A stretch of DNA of 62,047 nucleotides, the filler included, from Circinaria calcarea (Eukaryota), in assembly GCA_051942165.1 (NCBI GenBank). It is 26 parts of 26 records of this genome, joined end to end, with 100 filler letters (N's around TTAATTAATTAA, not from the genome) between each part and the next. Parts side by side here need not be neighbours in the genome. Positions count along the whole stretch, not along the records: positions 23,945 to 26,234 come from JAVECS010003685.1; positions 26,335 to 28,624 come from JAVECS010003686.1; positions 28,725 to 31,014 come from JAVECS010003687.1; positions 31,115 to 33,404 come from JAVECS010003688.1; positions 33,505 to 35,793 come from JAVECS010003689.1; positions 35,894 to 38,182 come from JAVECS010003690.1; 20 more parts are not named here. One strand, given 5' to 3'. Position numbers and translations under genes: made by a program. Of the stretch, positions 25,382 through 36,838 are shown piece by piece. The notes under the pieces were generated by a model. It ran no database searches, was not told the DNA's origin, and was given only the letters and a program-made list of their open reading frames with translations. Each line of letters opens with the position of its first letter. Positions within the stretch are counted from its first letter, which is position 1.

Positions 25382-26234
25382 TTACTCTGAATCTCCTTCC
25401 TCCTCTACACTCCTTCCACTCTTCCTCCGAACGCCAAGTGATGGCCTTCCCCGTTTCTTTTTCTGTGGTGTACTGGCAATAGAGGTGGAGCTTCTCCTCT
25501 TGTCAATCTTCGACGCTCCATTAAATGACACTGGAGTATCGCCATCGTCGTCGACACTGAAAATCTCAGGACGGCCATCAAGTTCTTCCTCAACCTCTGC
25601 TGGAACTTTGAGTTCATTGTCTATCGAGAGCAGCTCCGCGAATGCCTTGCACTGGCCTATCATCTTTTCATGACATTCTAGTGATTCCGATACCTTAGCT
25701 ATGGCCTCCATTAACCTGTCGCCGATAACACCGTTGGCCTTGGTTGGGGCTCTATTGAGATCTTTGGCAGACGCTTTCGTCTTATTTTCTCGGCGCTGTT
25801 GGCCAACCCCGTATAGTCGGCGTAAGAACGTTCTAGCTTCCCAGAGCATTGACAGTATCATTGATGCGGTGCACAGCTGACGGAGCCGGGCTGGCGTTAC
25901 GTCTTGCACCGGATCACTCCTCCGCATCAATATGTCCCGTAACTCATCAGTTGAGCCCTCCGTACTTGCATCTAACCGGACTTGGAGTATTTCCGTGTTA
26001 ATGGCATGCGCAACGCCAGCTCCAGTACCGGCTGTGATTTTTTCCAAACAAGAGACTATATGCTGCACATCGTCCACTCGTGCATACTCGAAAAATGCAA
26101 TGTTCTCGATCAGGAATCGCGAATACTGCAGATGTCCGGGTGGATTGGAGGCGACATCCAGCTCTGCAGGATCAAAGTCGACCCTGGCACAGAAATTTGA
26201 TAAAAATCTGGTTTGGTATTTGACTTTACTAGTC
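25382..26234 (-). CDS. SCC2: cohesin loader Scc2/Mis4 (NIPBL), C-terminal part
   Basis: QYSRFLIENIAFFEYARVDDV, LRQLCTASMILSMLWEARTFLRRLYG, KASAKDLNRAPTK, QCKAFAELLSIDNELKV, KKKRGRP. Confidence 0.85.
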
Positions 26235-26334
26235 NNNNNNNNNNNNNNNNNNNNNNNNNNNNNNNNNNNNNNNNNNNNTTAATTAATTAANNNNNNNNNN
26301 NNNNNNNNNNNNNNNNNNNNNNNNNNNNNNNNNN

Positions 26335-27030
26335 ACCCTCTAGTGGGCAAAGACCTTCAGCGATAACTTCGAACAAATTCAAAGCCAACTCGAAGATTTA
26401 TCCGAGTACATTTATAAACTCGCATCCATCCCCAAATTGTTCAAGTACAACGTTTACATGGCACCAGCTATACAACGCATTGTCGCTAGATCATACAAAT
26501 CGATCTTGGCTTTTTGGTATCGAGTAACGAAAGAGCTCAGACGGAAGCGTACGCTCTATATAAAGCAATTTCTGTTTAATATCTCTAACATGTCGTAGCT
26601 TTGAATCAACTTATACGAGCTCCCTTTTCCAAAGCCAAAATCGACAACGTCTTGAAAGATTTGAAAGCGGATGCTCTCCGTCTCGAATCAATCCGCAACA
26701 GTGCGCATGTTGAGTTGCAAGCAGAATCAAGGGGACGCGTGGAAGAAATCGAGATTAGTATGGCCAAGGAGCGAGTCGAGGCTGTAATCGAGCGTAAAGC
26801 CCAGGAAGAAGAGCGTAAACTTAACGCACTACGGTGGAAGGAGCAAATAGAGCATCACAAAAGAATTAAAGATCAGCTTAACACTGTGCTAAAAGAGCAG
26901 CAGTCGGCTAAGGCTGTTGAAAGATGTACTGTTATGTTAGATTGTTGAATGATGCTTCGCGCTAACTAGCGACAGCAACACGCCAAGGCAATGCCATCGA
27001 ATCATTGAGGTGTAACGATAACAGCTTGGG
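26335..27030 (+). pseudogene. helical/coiled-coil fragment resembling the pre-NACHT region of fungal NLR-like genes; reading frame collapses after about 27000
   Basis: FEQIQSQLEDLSEYIYKL..YKSILAFWYRVTKELRRK / coiled-coil exon; no P-loop follows. Confidence 0.3.
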
Positions 27031-27258
27031 TTGGCATTGGAACCTGTTGGAAGTCATAGGGCTTACCGAGGCATGTGTTGCTTAGGAGGTCCATGCTTAA
27101 CACTTCCACACACCATAAAAGCACTTTTTCGTAGCATAGATAGTTCCTTAGTTACATACTCAGGTAGAAATGCCACCATACATTCTGCTGCCCAACACAA
27201 ATATGGTATGTTCTATATCGTAGGTCTGGAGGTTCTGAAATAGCCGCCGGAACTAACG

Positions 27259-27343
27259 CCGGATGATCGACAGGAGTAAACACCGAATGACCGATAGGAG
27301 TAAACGCGGGCTGATTGACCAGAGTAAATGCTGGACAATTGAC
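27259..27343. repeat. degenerate 24-bp tandem repeat, 3.5 copies
   Basis: ccggatgatcgacaggagtaaaca / ccgaatgaccgataggagtaaacg / cgggctgattgaccagagtaaatg / ctggacaattgac. Confidence 0.75.
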
Positions 27344-27658
27344 GTCAACGCTGGAATAATTCACATAAACACTTGCTGGCTCAATTATGCACACTAAGTG
27401 TTCATCAATTTAGGTGTTGGTAGATTGGCTGCAAATAACACTACTGATGGTAGAACTTCACTCATTAAACTCCCGCCGCTAACAAGTAAATCGCCAGACA
27501 TGGCCACTGTTTGAAGGTTCATCACACTAAATCAAGTGTTTAGCAGAATTCTGAGCATAGGAAACCAATGCTACAGTCATATCTCACCTAGTTCATTGAG
27601 ACTATCTAACCGCTGTGGATACTATCTACTTTTTAAATATGGCACCATGTAGAGCCTA

Positions 27659-28350
27659 TTAGGCAGTAATGGCAAAATGATAAGCACCTAAGAAACCCAC
27701 CAGAAGGACAATACCTATAGATGAACGCGTTGATTGAGAGGCAATACTAGAGGAAGTTGTGGCAGGTGCAGCAGTAGAAGTTGGCTGAGGATTCAAGGAG
27801 CTTGCCAGCAACAAGTGGGCGGTATTCCAGGAAGTGGTCTGAGATGATGCAGTAATTTGTGGTCCTGGAGTCTTGGTTTGAGAATATGGTAACCCAACAT
27901 TGCTATTGGCCAATTTCCAAGAAGTCCCATTCCCTGCTAGTCCTGTGTAGAAAACCTCTGAGGCAGTTGAACCTGAAATCCCAGGGCTCATTCCACTTGC
28001 AAAAGAGTGCATACTGCCTTGAGGTAAAGGAGCTGGAGCTCTGCTTGCTGTCTGCAGTGCTACTGTTGGGTAAGCTTGAGCTATCATATTGTTTTGAGAG
28101 TTTATGAACATTGCGCTGGTGCTGATCAAGTTAGAGTTTGTGATGATGGTTGATGTTGTGGTCAGGCATGGCGCTGTAGGTCCAGGTTGAGGTGCTGTTG
28201 TTGTAAGCGTTAATACAGACACTAGGTCTGAAGCAATAGCGTTTTTGATGGTCATTGTGAGACTGCTTGTGACTGTGACTTCTGAAGGAGCTGTTGTGGA
28301 TCCCACACTCCAAGACAAGTCAACAATACTGGATACTTCATTATGGTTGC
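27659..28350 (-). CDS. Ser/Thr-rich, probably GPI-anchored cell-surface protein, last exon
   Basis: S/T/P-rich ORF ending in small residues plus a hydrophobic tail (SSIGIVLLVGFLGAYHFAITA). Confidence 0.6.
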
Positions 28351-28854
28351 CTAGATAGATGCTTCAGACATGAAGTTAGCGGAACATAAGTTGTAATGGA
28401 ACAATGATAATGGTATGCACCTTCCAGCCGCCTGGGCTGCTCCTAAATTTTGTGCTCATACAAGACATAAGACCAGAAGAACCCCCAAAAATGATTGAAT
28501 CACACATCTAAGGAACAGAGCCATGGTTCATTAAATGTTTCTGTGGTCTGGATGGTAGAGAATAGGCTGGTCTGATTGTATGCCTTGCCTTTATACTACT
28601 TTGACTGAAGCGCTGCATAGCGAANNNNNNNNNNNNNNNNNNNNNNNNNNNNNNNNNNNNNNNNNNNNTTAATTAATTAANNNNNNNNNNNNNNNNNNNN
28701 NNNNNNNNNNNNNNNNNNNNNNNNAGATAGTAGTCCCTTGACTCGGTATTCCTTCCTACGCTAGCAAGTCACGTCCAGGGTCCCCTCCACCCCACGTTAC
28801 CCCACAATCTACGGTAGGGCCATCACGCCATCTTACGCTTGTCAGCATACGAAG

Positions 28855-30777
28855 ATGTCCGAACAGTCGAAGATTATAGATAGTGAACCGACCAAGGAGG
28901 CAATAGAAGAGCTATCAAGGCCAAGCCACAACACGGACGAGTCGGATGAAGATGGGTCTGTACCTTCGTTGACGAATGGCTCGTCAGTTGCGAGTTCGAC
29001 AGCCAAGAAGAAGAAGTCCAGAAAGGCCAAGCTAAAGAAGATACTCGGGGGCAGTAGCCATGATGCCCAAGTCGAAGGATCGCAAGGCTCGTCGAACGGT
29101 ACAGGCAAGCCTTCTCCTGGAATGATGGAGCAATTACTGGAGATGAACCCGTCTCTCAAGGGCGACGTTGCCGGCTTAAGTCATGAAAAGGCGGAAGAGG
29201 CCCTCAAAAGGCTTAACGCTACCGATCTTCTCACAGGAATGGTTTGGAGTCTTTCCAATGAGCTGGTGAAATATGTGAAGCTGACACGGTGTACGCTAGT
29301 CCATCTCAGGGAAAAATCAAAAGGACATGGCATCTTACAAATTTTGGCAGACCCAACCCGTTCCACGGTTTGGTCAGTTTGCTGTTACATATCGTGGAGG
29401 CCGTTGGCTGAGTGTGTACAGATGAGGCCCCACAAGCCATTGAGGGCCCAATCAAGATTATCGATCCCGACAAGGTGCCCAGAGAACCAAGGGCGCTATA
29501 TGATGGGTTTGAATGGGTTACGATGGACCTGATGAATGAAAAGGAGGTTGGTGATGTGGGACCCAGACGAAATTGTGACCTTATTGACAACAGCAGCTGG
29601 AGGAAGTGTATGAGCTTTTAAGTGGTCACTATGTGGAAGATGACGATGCTACCTTTCGACTGAATTATTCCGCTTCTTTTTTCAATTGGTAAGAACCCCT
29701 TGAGATTCTCACTTTATTATGAAGCTAAATAACGCAGGGCGTTAAAATCTCCAGGCTGGCGCCAGGAGTGGCATATCGGAGTCCGCGTCACCAAGACCAA
29801 AAAGCTGGTCGCATTCATTTCCGGCGTTCCAGTAACTCTTCGTGTACGATCCAAGATGCTCAAAGCTACCGAAATAAACTTCCTCTGCGTCCATAAGAGA
29901 CTTCGGGACAAAAGACTCACCCCGGTACTAATCGAGGAGATCACCCGACGATGTTATATCTTTGGCATATACCAAGCCATCTATACTGCTGGAATCGTTT
30001 TGCCAAAGCCTGTCAGCGTTTGTCGATACTTTCATCGGCCTCTTGATTGGCTGAAGCTATTCGACGTCGGATTCTCACCGCTTCCCAAAGGCTCCACCAA
30101 AGCCAGACAGATTACAAAGAACTACCTTCCTACGGCCACTTCTACAAAAGGACTCCGGCCGATGCAGAAAAAGGATATTGGAGCAGTACAAACTCTGCTA
30201 GACCGGTATCTGAAGCGGTTCGACATGGCGCCCGAAATGAGTCTGGAGGAGGTTGAACACTGGCTTCTCCATGACGAGTCAGCGACCTCGGAGCAAGTCA
30301 TCTGGACCTATGTAGTTGAAAACCCTTCCAACCATCAAATCACCGACTTCTTCTCCTTTTACTCCCTCGAATCATCCGTGATTGGCAATCCAAAATACGA
30401 GAGTGTGCGAGCGGCCTATCTGTACTACTACGCTACGGACAAGGCATTTGAGGCAAACGAAAAGAACCTAAAAGAGAGACTTAACGCCCTCATCTTGGAT
30501 GCCCTGATACTAGCCAAAAAGGTACGAGCATACCCCATCCTAGATCCGACAAATAATCCTCTAACCAGTCTCCCACAAGGCTCACTTCGACGTCTTCAAC
30601 GCCCTCACCCTCCTCGACAACCCACTGTTCCTCGAGTCCCTAAAATTCGGCCCCGGCGACGGCTCACTGCACTTTTACCTCTACAACTACCGGACCGCTC
30701 CTATTGCCGGGGGCATCGATGCGAAAAACAACGCGGATGAAACGGCACGGGGAGGGGTGGGTATCATGATGCTTTAG
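28855..30777 (+). CDS. NMT1: glycylpeptide N-tetradecanoyltransferase (N-myristoyltransferase), complete, multi-exon
   Basis: KKKKS basic patch, [57 protein letters not shown]-terminal GGVGIMML*. Confidence 0.97.
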
Positions 30778-31114
30778 TTCGTTTGGTAAGAGGAAAGAAA
30801 CGGGGGACGTGAGGGGCCTAAATTGTTTGTCTACCTGATTCGGATATACGAATATACCCAAAACCAAAATCCTTGAAATGTGGATGCCCCTTTTTTTAAA
30901 AGGAAAAAAAAAGACTTGTAAGATTGTATGTATGTATGCAGCAGCTTGCAGCGGGAAGGGAAGGGAAGGGAAGGGAACTTTCCCGCCCCAACCTCAAGTC
31001 ACACACACTTCTGTNNNNNNNNNNNNNNNNNNNNNNNNNNNNNNNNNNNNNNNNNNNNTTAATTAATTAANNNNNNNNNNNNNNNNNNNNNNNNNNNNNN
31101 NNNNNNNNNNNNNN

Positions 31115-31885
31115 GTAGCAGGAGATATAATTACTTCTGGTGGTTCGGCACTGCCTCTTCCTGGCACACCGGTTAAACTCGGTCCTTCGGGAAGTTTTGG
31201 GACCAACACAGTGGCGTTCTCGATATCGAGTGATGGAGACCAGGATCCTAGGATACCGAAACCCACCGCCCAGCCATTCACAGTTATCGATGAATCTGCC
31301 ATTGCTATCGGTGGCTCAACTCTCACCGTAGGTGGAAACGCAGGTACAGTATCCGGTAATGTATTTTCTGTCGCTCCATCCGGAGAGGTTCTTGTAATAC
31401 CTGCCTCCACAAAAGTCTTTAGAATGGGTGGTCAAACCTTCACTAGGAATCCTACAGCCTTAATCGTCGCCGGATCAACCCTCACAGCAGGCGCTCCAGC
31501 CATCACAATTGAAGAAACCAATATCTCTTTTGGTCCGTCCGGTGTCGCAGTAATAGGTACTATCACAGTTAATCTTAACCTTCCTTTACCTTCCATTTTC
31601 AACATCGCAGGTAGAACCTCTGTCGCCTACCCTTCTGCCTTATCGATTGACAGCACAACAATCAGTGCCAGCGGACCTGCACTCGACGAAGGTGGGATGG
31701 TTTTGGTCGGGACAAGTACTGTTAATATAGGTTTATTTGTTCCAGCGACAACGTCATCGGAAACAATACCACCATTCCTGAATTCCCAGCCAAAGCTAGA
31801 CTTCCCGGGTGGCATTCATTTAGGGTTTATTTGGGGGGTAATTTCGTTACTTATATTAAAATTTACTGATGGATGTTTGCACTAG
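31115..31885 (+). CDS. Gly/Thr/Ile-repeat secreted or GPI-anchored protein, C-terminal part
   Basis: Degenerate repeats (GGQTFTRNPTALIVAGSTLTAGAPAITI; AGRTSVAYPSALSIDSTTISASGPA) and a hydrophobic C-terminus. Confidence 0.65.
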   Translation, partial: VAGDIITSGGSALPLPGTPVKLGPSGSFGTNTVAFSISSDGDQDPRIPKPTAQPFTVIDESAIAIGGSTLTVGGNAGTVSGNVFSVAPSGEVLVIPASTKVFRMGGQTFTRNPTALIVAGSTLTAGAPAITIEETNISFGPSGVAVIGTITVNLNLPLPSIFNIAGRTSVAYPSALSIDSTTISASGPALDEGGMVLVGTSTVNIGLFVPATTSSETIPPFLNSQPKLDFPGGIHLGFIWGVISLLILKFTDGCLH

Positions 31886-32469
31886 CTATTATTTTCTCGC
31901 CAGAATCACTGTTTTAAAATCTCACACTCAAGGCCGCCAATAGTGCAGTCGTATATGTAGTTTATAAACCACCAGCGTTCCCTCCGCCCCCTTTACTACT
32001 CCCGGGAGCTTAGTACCCCATAACCGAGGTTATTTACCCTGTTTAGCGAGACTAGCTGCACTGTTAATACAGTTGAGAACCACTATGCAGTATAGTGCGG
32101 AGGCTATACTACTAAATATAGTAGTTTACTGCTCCCACTTCAGCCAAAAATACAGTGCAATGCACCGGCTATAATATTAACGGCCTTATCTATATTCGAT
32201 TTGAGGCATTGTGAAAAAACCTCGCTTACGGAGTAGCTTGGCTAATTACTTAATTTACCGGAATTTGCATATAACTTTATCTAATAATCGCTGTAACCCT
32301 ATGCAGAGAGGGACTATGCTATAGCGGGTAACTTAGGTTGATTGGTGGTTGCTAAGTTTAAGTGGTGGGGAAAACTAAATATGGGCAGGTGCTGACTAAG
32401 CTCCACATCGCTCTGGCTGGAAATACAAGATTGAGAAATACTTTTGATTATAGTAAAATTTGTATAATA

Positions 32470-32607
32470 GAGGCTAGAGTGCAAAACTTGCCGTTTGGGG
32501 ATCAAAACATATCGCGGTCGCTGGCCTAACATTGTATGGGGGGAAAGCCGCGACCTGGTTTGGATTCCCAGCCTCGTACCTAGCGGTGAGTTTTGCACTC
32601 CAGCCTC
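32470..32607. repeat. 138-bp long imperfect inverted repeat (foldback)
   Basis: gaggctagagtgcaaaacttgccgtttgg pairs with cctagcggtgagttttgcactccagcctc over 29 positions (2 mismatches, 3 G-T), with inner stems gggatc-aaac/gtttggattccc and tcgcggt/gccgcga. Confidence 0.8.
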
Positions 32608-32972
32608 GCAGCCAAAAGGCGTTTTCAGATGGAAACTTTTGTCCGAGGCATCCAACAACTGTCATCCTAACCTGGTAAGTGCATATCAAGATGGCGCAGG
32701 GCTTGCGGTCATCTCAGGACTCAGGATCGACCGCGCACATTTTGAGTTCACAAAGCGCAGCCAGGCACTCAGGGCTGTGTTTCCTGGGCAGAACCGGTCC
32801 ATTATTAGAGAAGTCATGTACATATTCCAGCATGAGATGCCGCAGTAATTGTAACTATTGAGTTGATTATTCTATGCGTTTCAATCCAGCTTGCCTTGTT
32901 CCTTTTTTCTTTCCCTTTCTTACTCCTCGGCCTTCTCCGAACGACCTTAACGTCGTTCCTAATAATTTTCAC

Positions 32973-33404
32973 TATGTCCGTCGGTAGCCTGCGCTACACC
33001 CATATATTCCAGATATTCCTCCTGATATCCTGGAAGTTTGTGTGGTCTCAGTGTGAGTGAGCCAAGGTCTCATTCCAAAGCTGCATTTAGCGCTAATCAT
33101 CGTTGTTGTTTAAAGCGCCTACATATGCCAATAACAGCTCTCCAGAAACCACATCGGTAAGCGTCGAAAACTACAGTCCCGGAAAATACAATCCGTATGA
33201 ATACGCCTCTATTGGTCCATCCCTAGCAAGTTTCTGTGAAAGTATCTGGTCGTCAAGCCAGGACCAGTATCTTGCTACCGTACCATACGTAACACTGTCA
33301 GAAACGTGGTATGGTGGGACGGGACTTTACAGAAGCCCCATACCTAAGGCTTTTCCCTTCACGGCATCCTCTCCATGTTGCCTTGACTGTACTATCATGG
33401 GAGG
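32973..33404 (+). CDS. secreted protein with CCxxCTIxGG motif, N-terminal part
   Basis: Signal-like MSVGSLRYTHIFQIFLLISWKFVWSQ, GTGAGT intron, then ..FCESIWSSS..FTASSPCCLDCTIMGG. Confidence 0.6.
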
Positions 33405-33504
33405 NNNNNNNNNNNNNNNNNNNNNNNNNNNNNNNNNNNNNNNNNNNNTTAATTAATTAANNNNNNNNNNNNNNNNNNNNNNNNNNNNNNNNNNNNNNNN
33501 NNNN

Positions 33505-34022
33505 GTATAATATCTAGTATAGCACCTAGTATAGCACTTAGTATAATACTTAGTATATCACGTTGCATAGCATAGTAATAGCACGCGGCATAATATAATA
33601 ATACCATGCTGTATAGCATGGAAAAAGCACGCGGCATAGCATGGAAAAAGCACGCGGCATATTACGCTGCATAGCATGCAGCATAGTATGGAAAGAGCAC
33701 GCTGCATAGCATGGAGCATAACATGAAGCATAGCATGGAGCATAGCATGAAGTATAGCATGGAGTATAGTATGAAGCATAGCATGGAGCATAGTATGAAG
33801 TATAGCATGAAGCATAGCATGCAGCATAGCATGAAGCATAGCATGAAGCATAGCATGGAGTATAGCATGGAACATAGCATGGAGCATAGCATAGCGAAAA
33901 CACGCGGTATAGCATAGAAAGAGTATATAGTATAGCATGAAAAGAGCATGCAGCATAGCATGAAAAGAGCATGCAGCATAATATGGAAAGAGCACGCAGC
34001 ATAACATAGAAAGAGCACGCAG
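33505..34022. repeat. composite (CATAG)n-based satellite array with 12-bp and 23-bp higher-order units, running off the contig end
   Basis: 12-mers gcatagcatgaa / gcatagcatgga / gtatagcatgga; 23-mers gcatagcatggaaaaagcacgcg / gcatagcatgaaaagagcatgca. Confidence 0.95.
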
Positions 34023-34074
34023 TATATCAGTCCTCTATATATGCGTAGAGAGTATATAATTGAGCATTTTACGA

Positions 34075-34347
34075 TCTTCCTATAAAGGTAAGAGCTAAGG
34101 CCCAAAATGGACAGAAAACTAGGCCGAAAAGCGTAAAAAAACTAAACCCTTTACGGCCACTTTAAGTGTTCTGCTGAGACTCCGGTAGAATTTTGCTCGG
34201 ATCGGACCGGGTCGTGCCCAGATTTATAACCCTTCAACTTCGTTCCTCGTTTCAGGGCAAAGGATCCTTACACTAAGCCAATACCTCCTGATCTCGGTAT
34301 ATAGTTCCCCCGTAGGGTTCGTAGGGGTTCTCGAGTAGAGCCCTTAC
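34075..34347 (-). mobile_element. conserved terminal module (copy A) of an unclassified repeat element, with outer hairpin
   Basis: The reverse complement aligns collinearly with 49145-49320; core TGCCCTGAAACGAGGAACGAAGTTGAAGGGTT. Hairpin gtaggggttct-cgagt-agagcccttac at 34321-34347. Confidence 0.6.
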
Positions 34348-34901
34348 AAAACGGCTGCTACGATTTCAAGTATAAAGTAAAAAAATGAGCTGATTTTCTT
34401 TTCTGTTTTTTTTATATTAAAAAAATTGGGGCAACAGTTCTCCTCACCTCCGCATCTCTTCTCTTCTCTTGCTCTTACTCTACCTTAATCGCGGCTACAT
34501 TTTTCGATTTTTCGATTTTTCGATTTTTTTCCAATTTTTTTCATTTTCATTTACATTTCCAGTTTCCCCGTTTATTTTCATTTTCATTTTCATTTTCATT
34601 TCCAATCTCCCTGTTTATTTTACAACTTCACTCTTTGATAGCACATAGCAACAAGGATGCAATAGCCCAAGATGCAAAAGACGCATAACCGTCAAAACTT
34701 CCTTTCTCCCCTCTGAGAAACTCCCAATCGCCCGCGTACGCATCCAACATCCAGTAACCAACCAACAAATAGTCAGTAGCCGAAGCCCGAGGGGAAAAAC
34801 CCGAACCCAAATGCCATTCAGTGCGTTACAGGGTAACAATCCTTCAGCTACCTTCCCCCATTCACTCCCTCTCTTCCCTCCCTTCAACCCTCATCGTGAC
34901 C

Positions 34902-35793
34902 CTACTCACTGCCCTCACTCGCAAAACTCGCCTCCTCCTCCTCCCCCTCCTCCTCACTCCCTCCACTCTCCTCGTCTTCATCCTCATCATCTAGCACCCA
35001 CTTCCTCTTCACCGCCGCCTGCGCCGCCGCCCGTCGAGCCGGTCTCCCAGCCGTAGCGTTTCTCCCCACCGCCACGATCTCATCCTCGTCGTCTTCACTC
35101 AGCATGTCATCGACCATCTTACCCACTTCATCTCCGTTGTTGAAATTCTCAACACCGTCGTCGCTGTCAATGTCAACAACGGCTGTAGACTTTGACAACT
35201 TTTCCGCGGTATCACGAGCCTGTTTCGCGGCGTAGGCTTTCGCAGCGGGCGAGAGGGTAGTCGCTTTCTTGGCTGGTTCTTTCGGTGCAGGTTTTGCTAC
35301 CGGAACTGCTGCTTTCTTCGCGACAGCAGGTTTAGCCGTAGCTGGCTTGGCACTGGCTTTTGATTTCGGGACTGGAACTACAGGCACAGAAGCAGGTTTC
35401 GTGGTACCAATAAGATCAAACGAATTATCCTCGTCATCCGACAGTACCGTACTCTTTGCCGTCTTAGCATTCGCAGGCGCCAAGCGAGTGTAATCCGTCT
35501 CGTCGTCTTCGTCGTCAATAAGGATATTCGACTTCGAAGCCGGTTTCCTACCTACCAGCCCTGCACTACTGCCAGGTCTAGACACACTAGCTGTTGCGGA
35601 GAACAGAGGCCGAGAAGCTGACGGATCAGCCGAAGCCCCATTCACACCAATACCTTTTACCATCTTTCCCACATCGAAAAGTATATCATCGCCATCCTCA
35701 GAGTCGGATTCCAGCGCAGCGTACTTGACCGGTTTTCGGGCTGCAGTACGAGCAGTACGAGAGATGGCTGCTGCTGGACGAACCACTTCTTCT
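34902..35793 (-). CDS. TOP2: DNA topoisomerase II, disordered C-terminal tail
   Basis: ARKPVKY..SDSEDGDDILFDVGKMVKGIG..LFS..SRPGSSAGL..DETDYTRLAP..LSPAAKAYAAKQA..RPARRAAA..KWVLDDEDE matches my recollection of Pezizomycotina Top2 tails; the catalytic core is not in the window. Confidence 0.7.
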
Positions 35794-35893
35794 NNNNNNN
35801 NNNNNNNNNNNNNNNNNNNNNNNNNNNNNNNNNNNNNTTAATTAATTAANNNNNNNNNNNNNNNNNNNNNNNNNNNNNNNNNNNNNNNNNNNN

Positions 35894-36137
35894 GCTCGAG
35901 GCTTACGAAAGCATCTTTCGCCCATTTGTCGAGGAGATACAGAAGATCCCTTTCTTTATTCCAGCCGTTGTGCATCCCGAGACGGCATGGAAGAGGTGGC
36001 TGCTCCAAGCCTTTGCGTGGACATTCTCTAAGGCAGTGGCAATTCCATGGTTGTTCAACAGATCCGGCGAGGGTAATAATGACGACGGATTTCCATTGCC
36101 ACAATACCCGAGCTTGGATGACGGGGGCTCCGAATGA
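35894..36137 (+). CDS. hypothetical protein, C-terminal fragment
   Basis: Open frame from the contig start (LEAYESIFRPFVEEIQKIPFFIP..) to TGA at 36135-36137. Confidence 0.3.
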
Positions 36138-36838
36138 GGTAGGGACGTATCGTCGAGCGCCGGAAGACTATATAGAAAAGCTCGTGGTCGTAGGTCGTAT
36201 AGGGTCTTATTTACCACTACTTTGTAAAATAGTTTTTACGGCTCGGCGAAATAAGAAAGGCAAGCATATAATCTAGCCGGAAAAATGAATTTCCCTCTCC
36301 CAGCGTCTCGATTCGGTGTTATTGATTCAAATTATAAAGCGATAGCAGTGGGCCCGGCTAAACTTTTTCAATCAATGCTTAATTATTAAATTATCCAGGG
36401 CCAACAGGGACATCTAGTAGTAGAGGGGAGATCCTTTGCGTGTAATGCGTATATGCAGCGTGTCCAATTTGTGTTGCCATATGTCCCGAAATATGGTGTG
36501 TGTGGGTGTGTGTAAAATATATGGGTTCGCGCAAAAGTGTGCGAACCGAGGAAGAAAAAAACTCTGCAGCATATGCTACTTACTGCTAGTGTTGCACGCC
36601 AATGCCTTATCATATAGTATGCTGACTTTTAATAATTTAATATTAATCCCTGTAGTGTACTAGTTTCTACGAACGGGTCATAGTGAAAAAGTTGCATAAA
36701 ATGTACACTTGAAATATATATATATATACTCTTATCAGGTTGATTGGGAAACAAACCGAATATTTACACTCGAAGGTACGTGTTATCAAGCGTCGAAAAG
36801 TTATATGAAAAAAAAAAACCATATAGATGTTGGGAAAT

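Noticed and set aside
31940..32160. Short inverted repeats (AGTGCAG/CTGCACT, TGCACTGT/ACAGTGCA) in TA-rich DNA
   Set aside because: Too short and degenerate to define an element; at most a RIP-eroded relic.
32293..32303. TAACCCTA as a telomerase RNA template (also CTAAACCCT at 34142)
   Set aside because: 8-9-nt matches are expected by chance; no pseudoknot or CR4/5 elements could be identified.
33505..34022. CRISPR-like array
   Set aside because: No unique spacers between repeats, eukaryotic context and no cas genes.
34171..34190. Hammerhead ribozyme core in the module (CTGCTGAG..GAA)
   Set aside because: Does not match CUGANGA/GAAA with flanking stems, and is not conserved in the other copies.
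36220..36365. Further possible module copy (CGAAATAAGAAAGG..CGGTGTT..GGGCCC)
   Set aside because: Only scattered short matches and the AAGGGTTT core is missing; indistinguishable from chance by eye.
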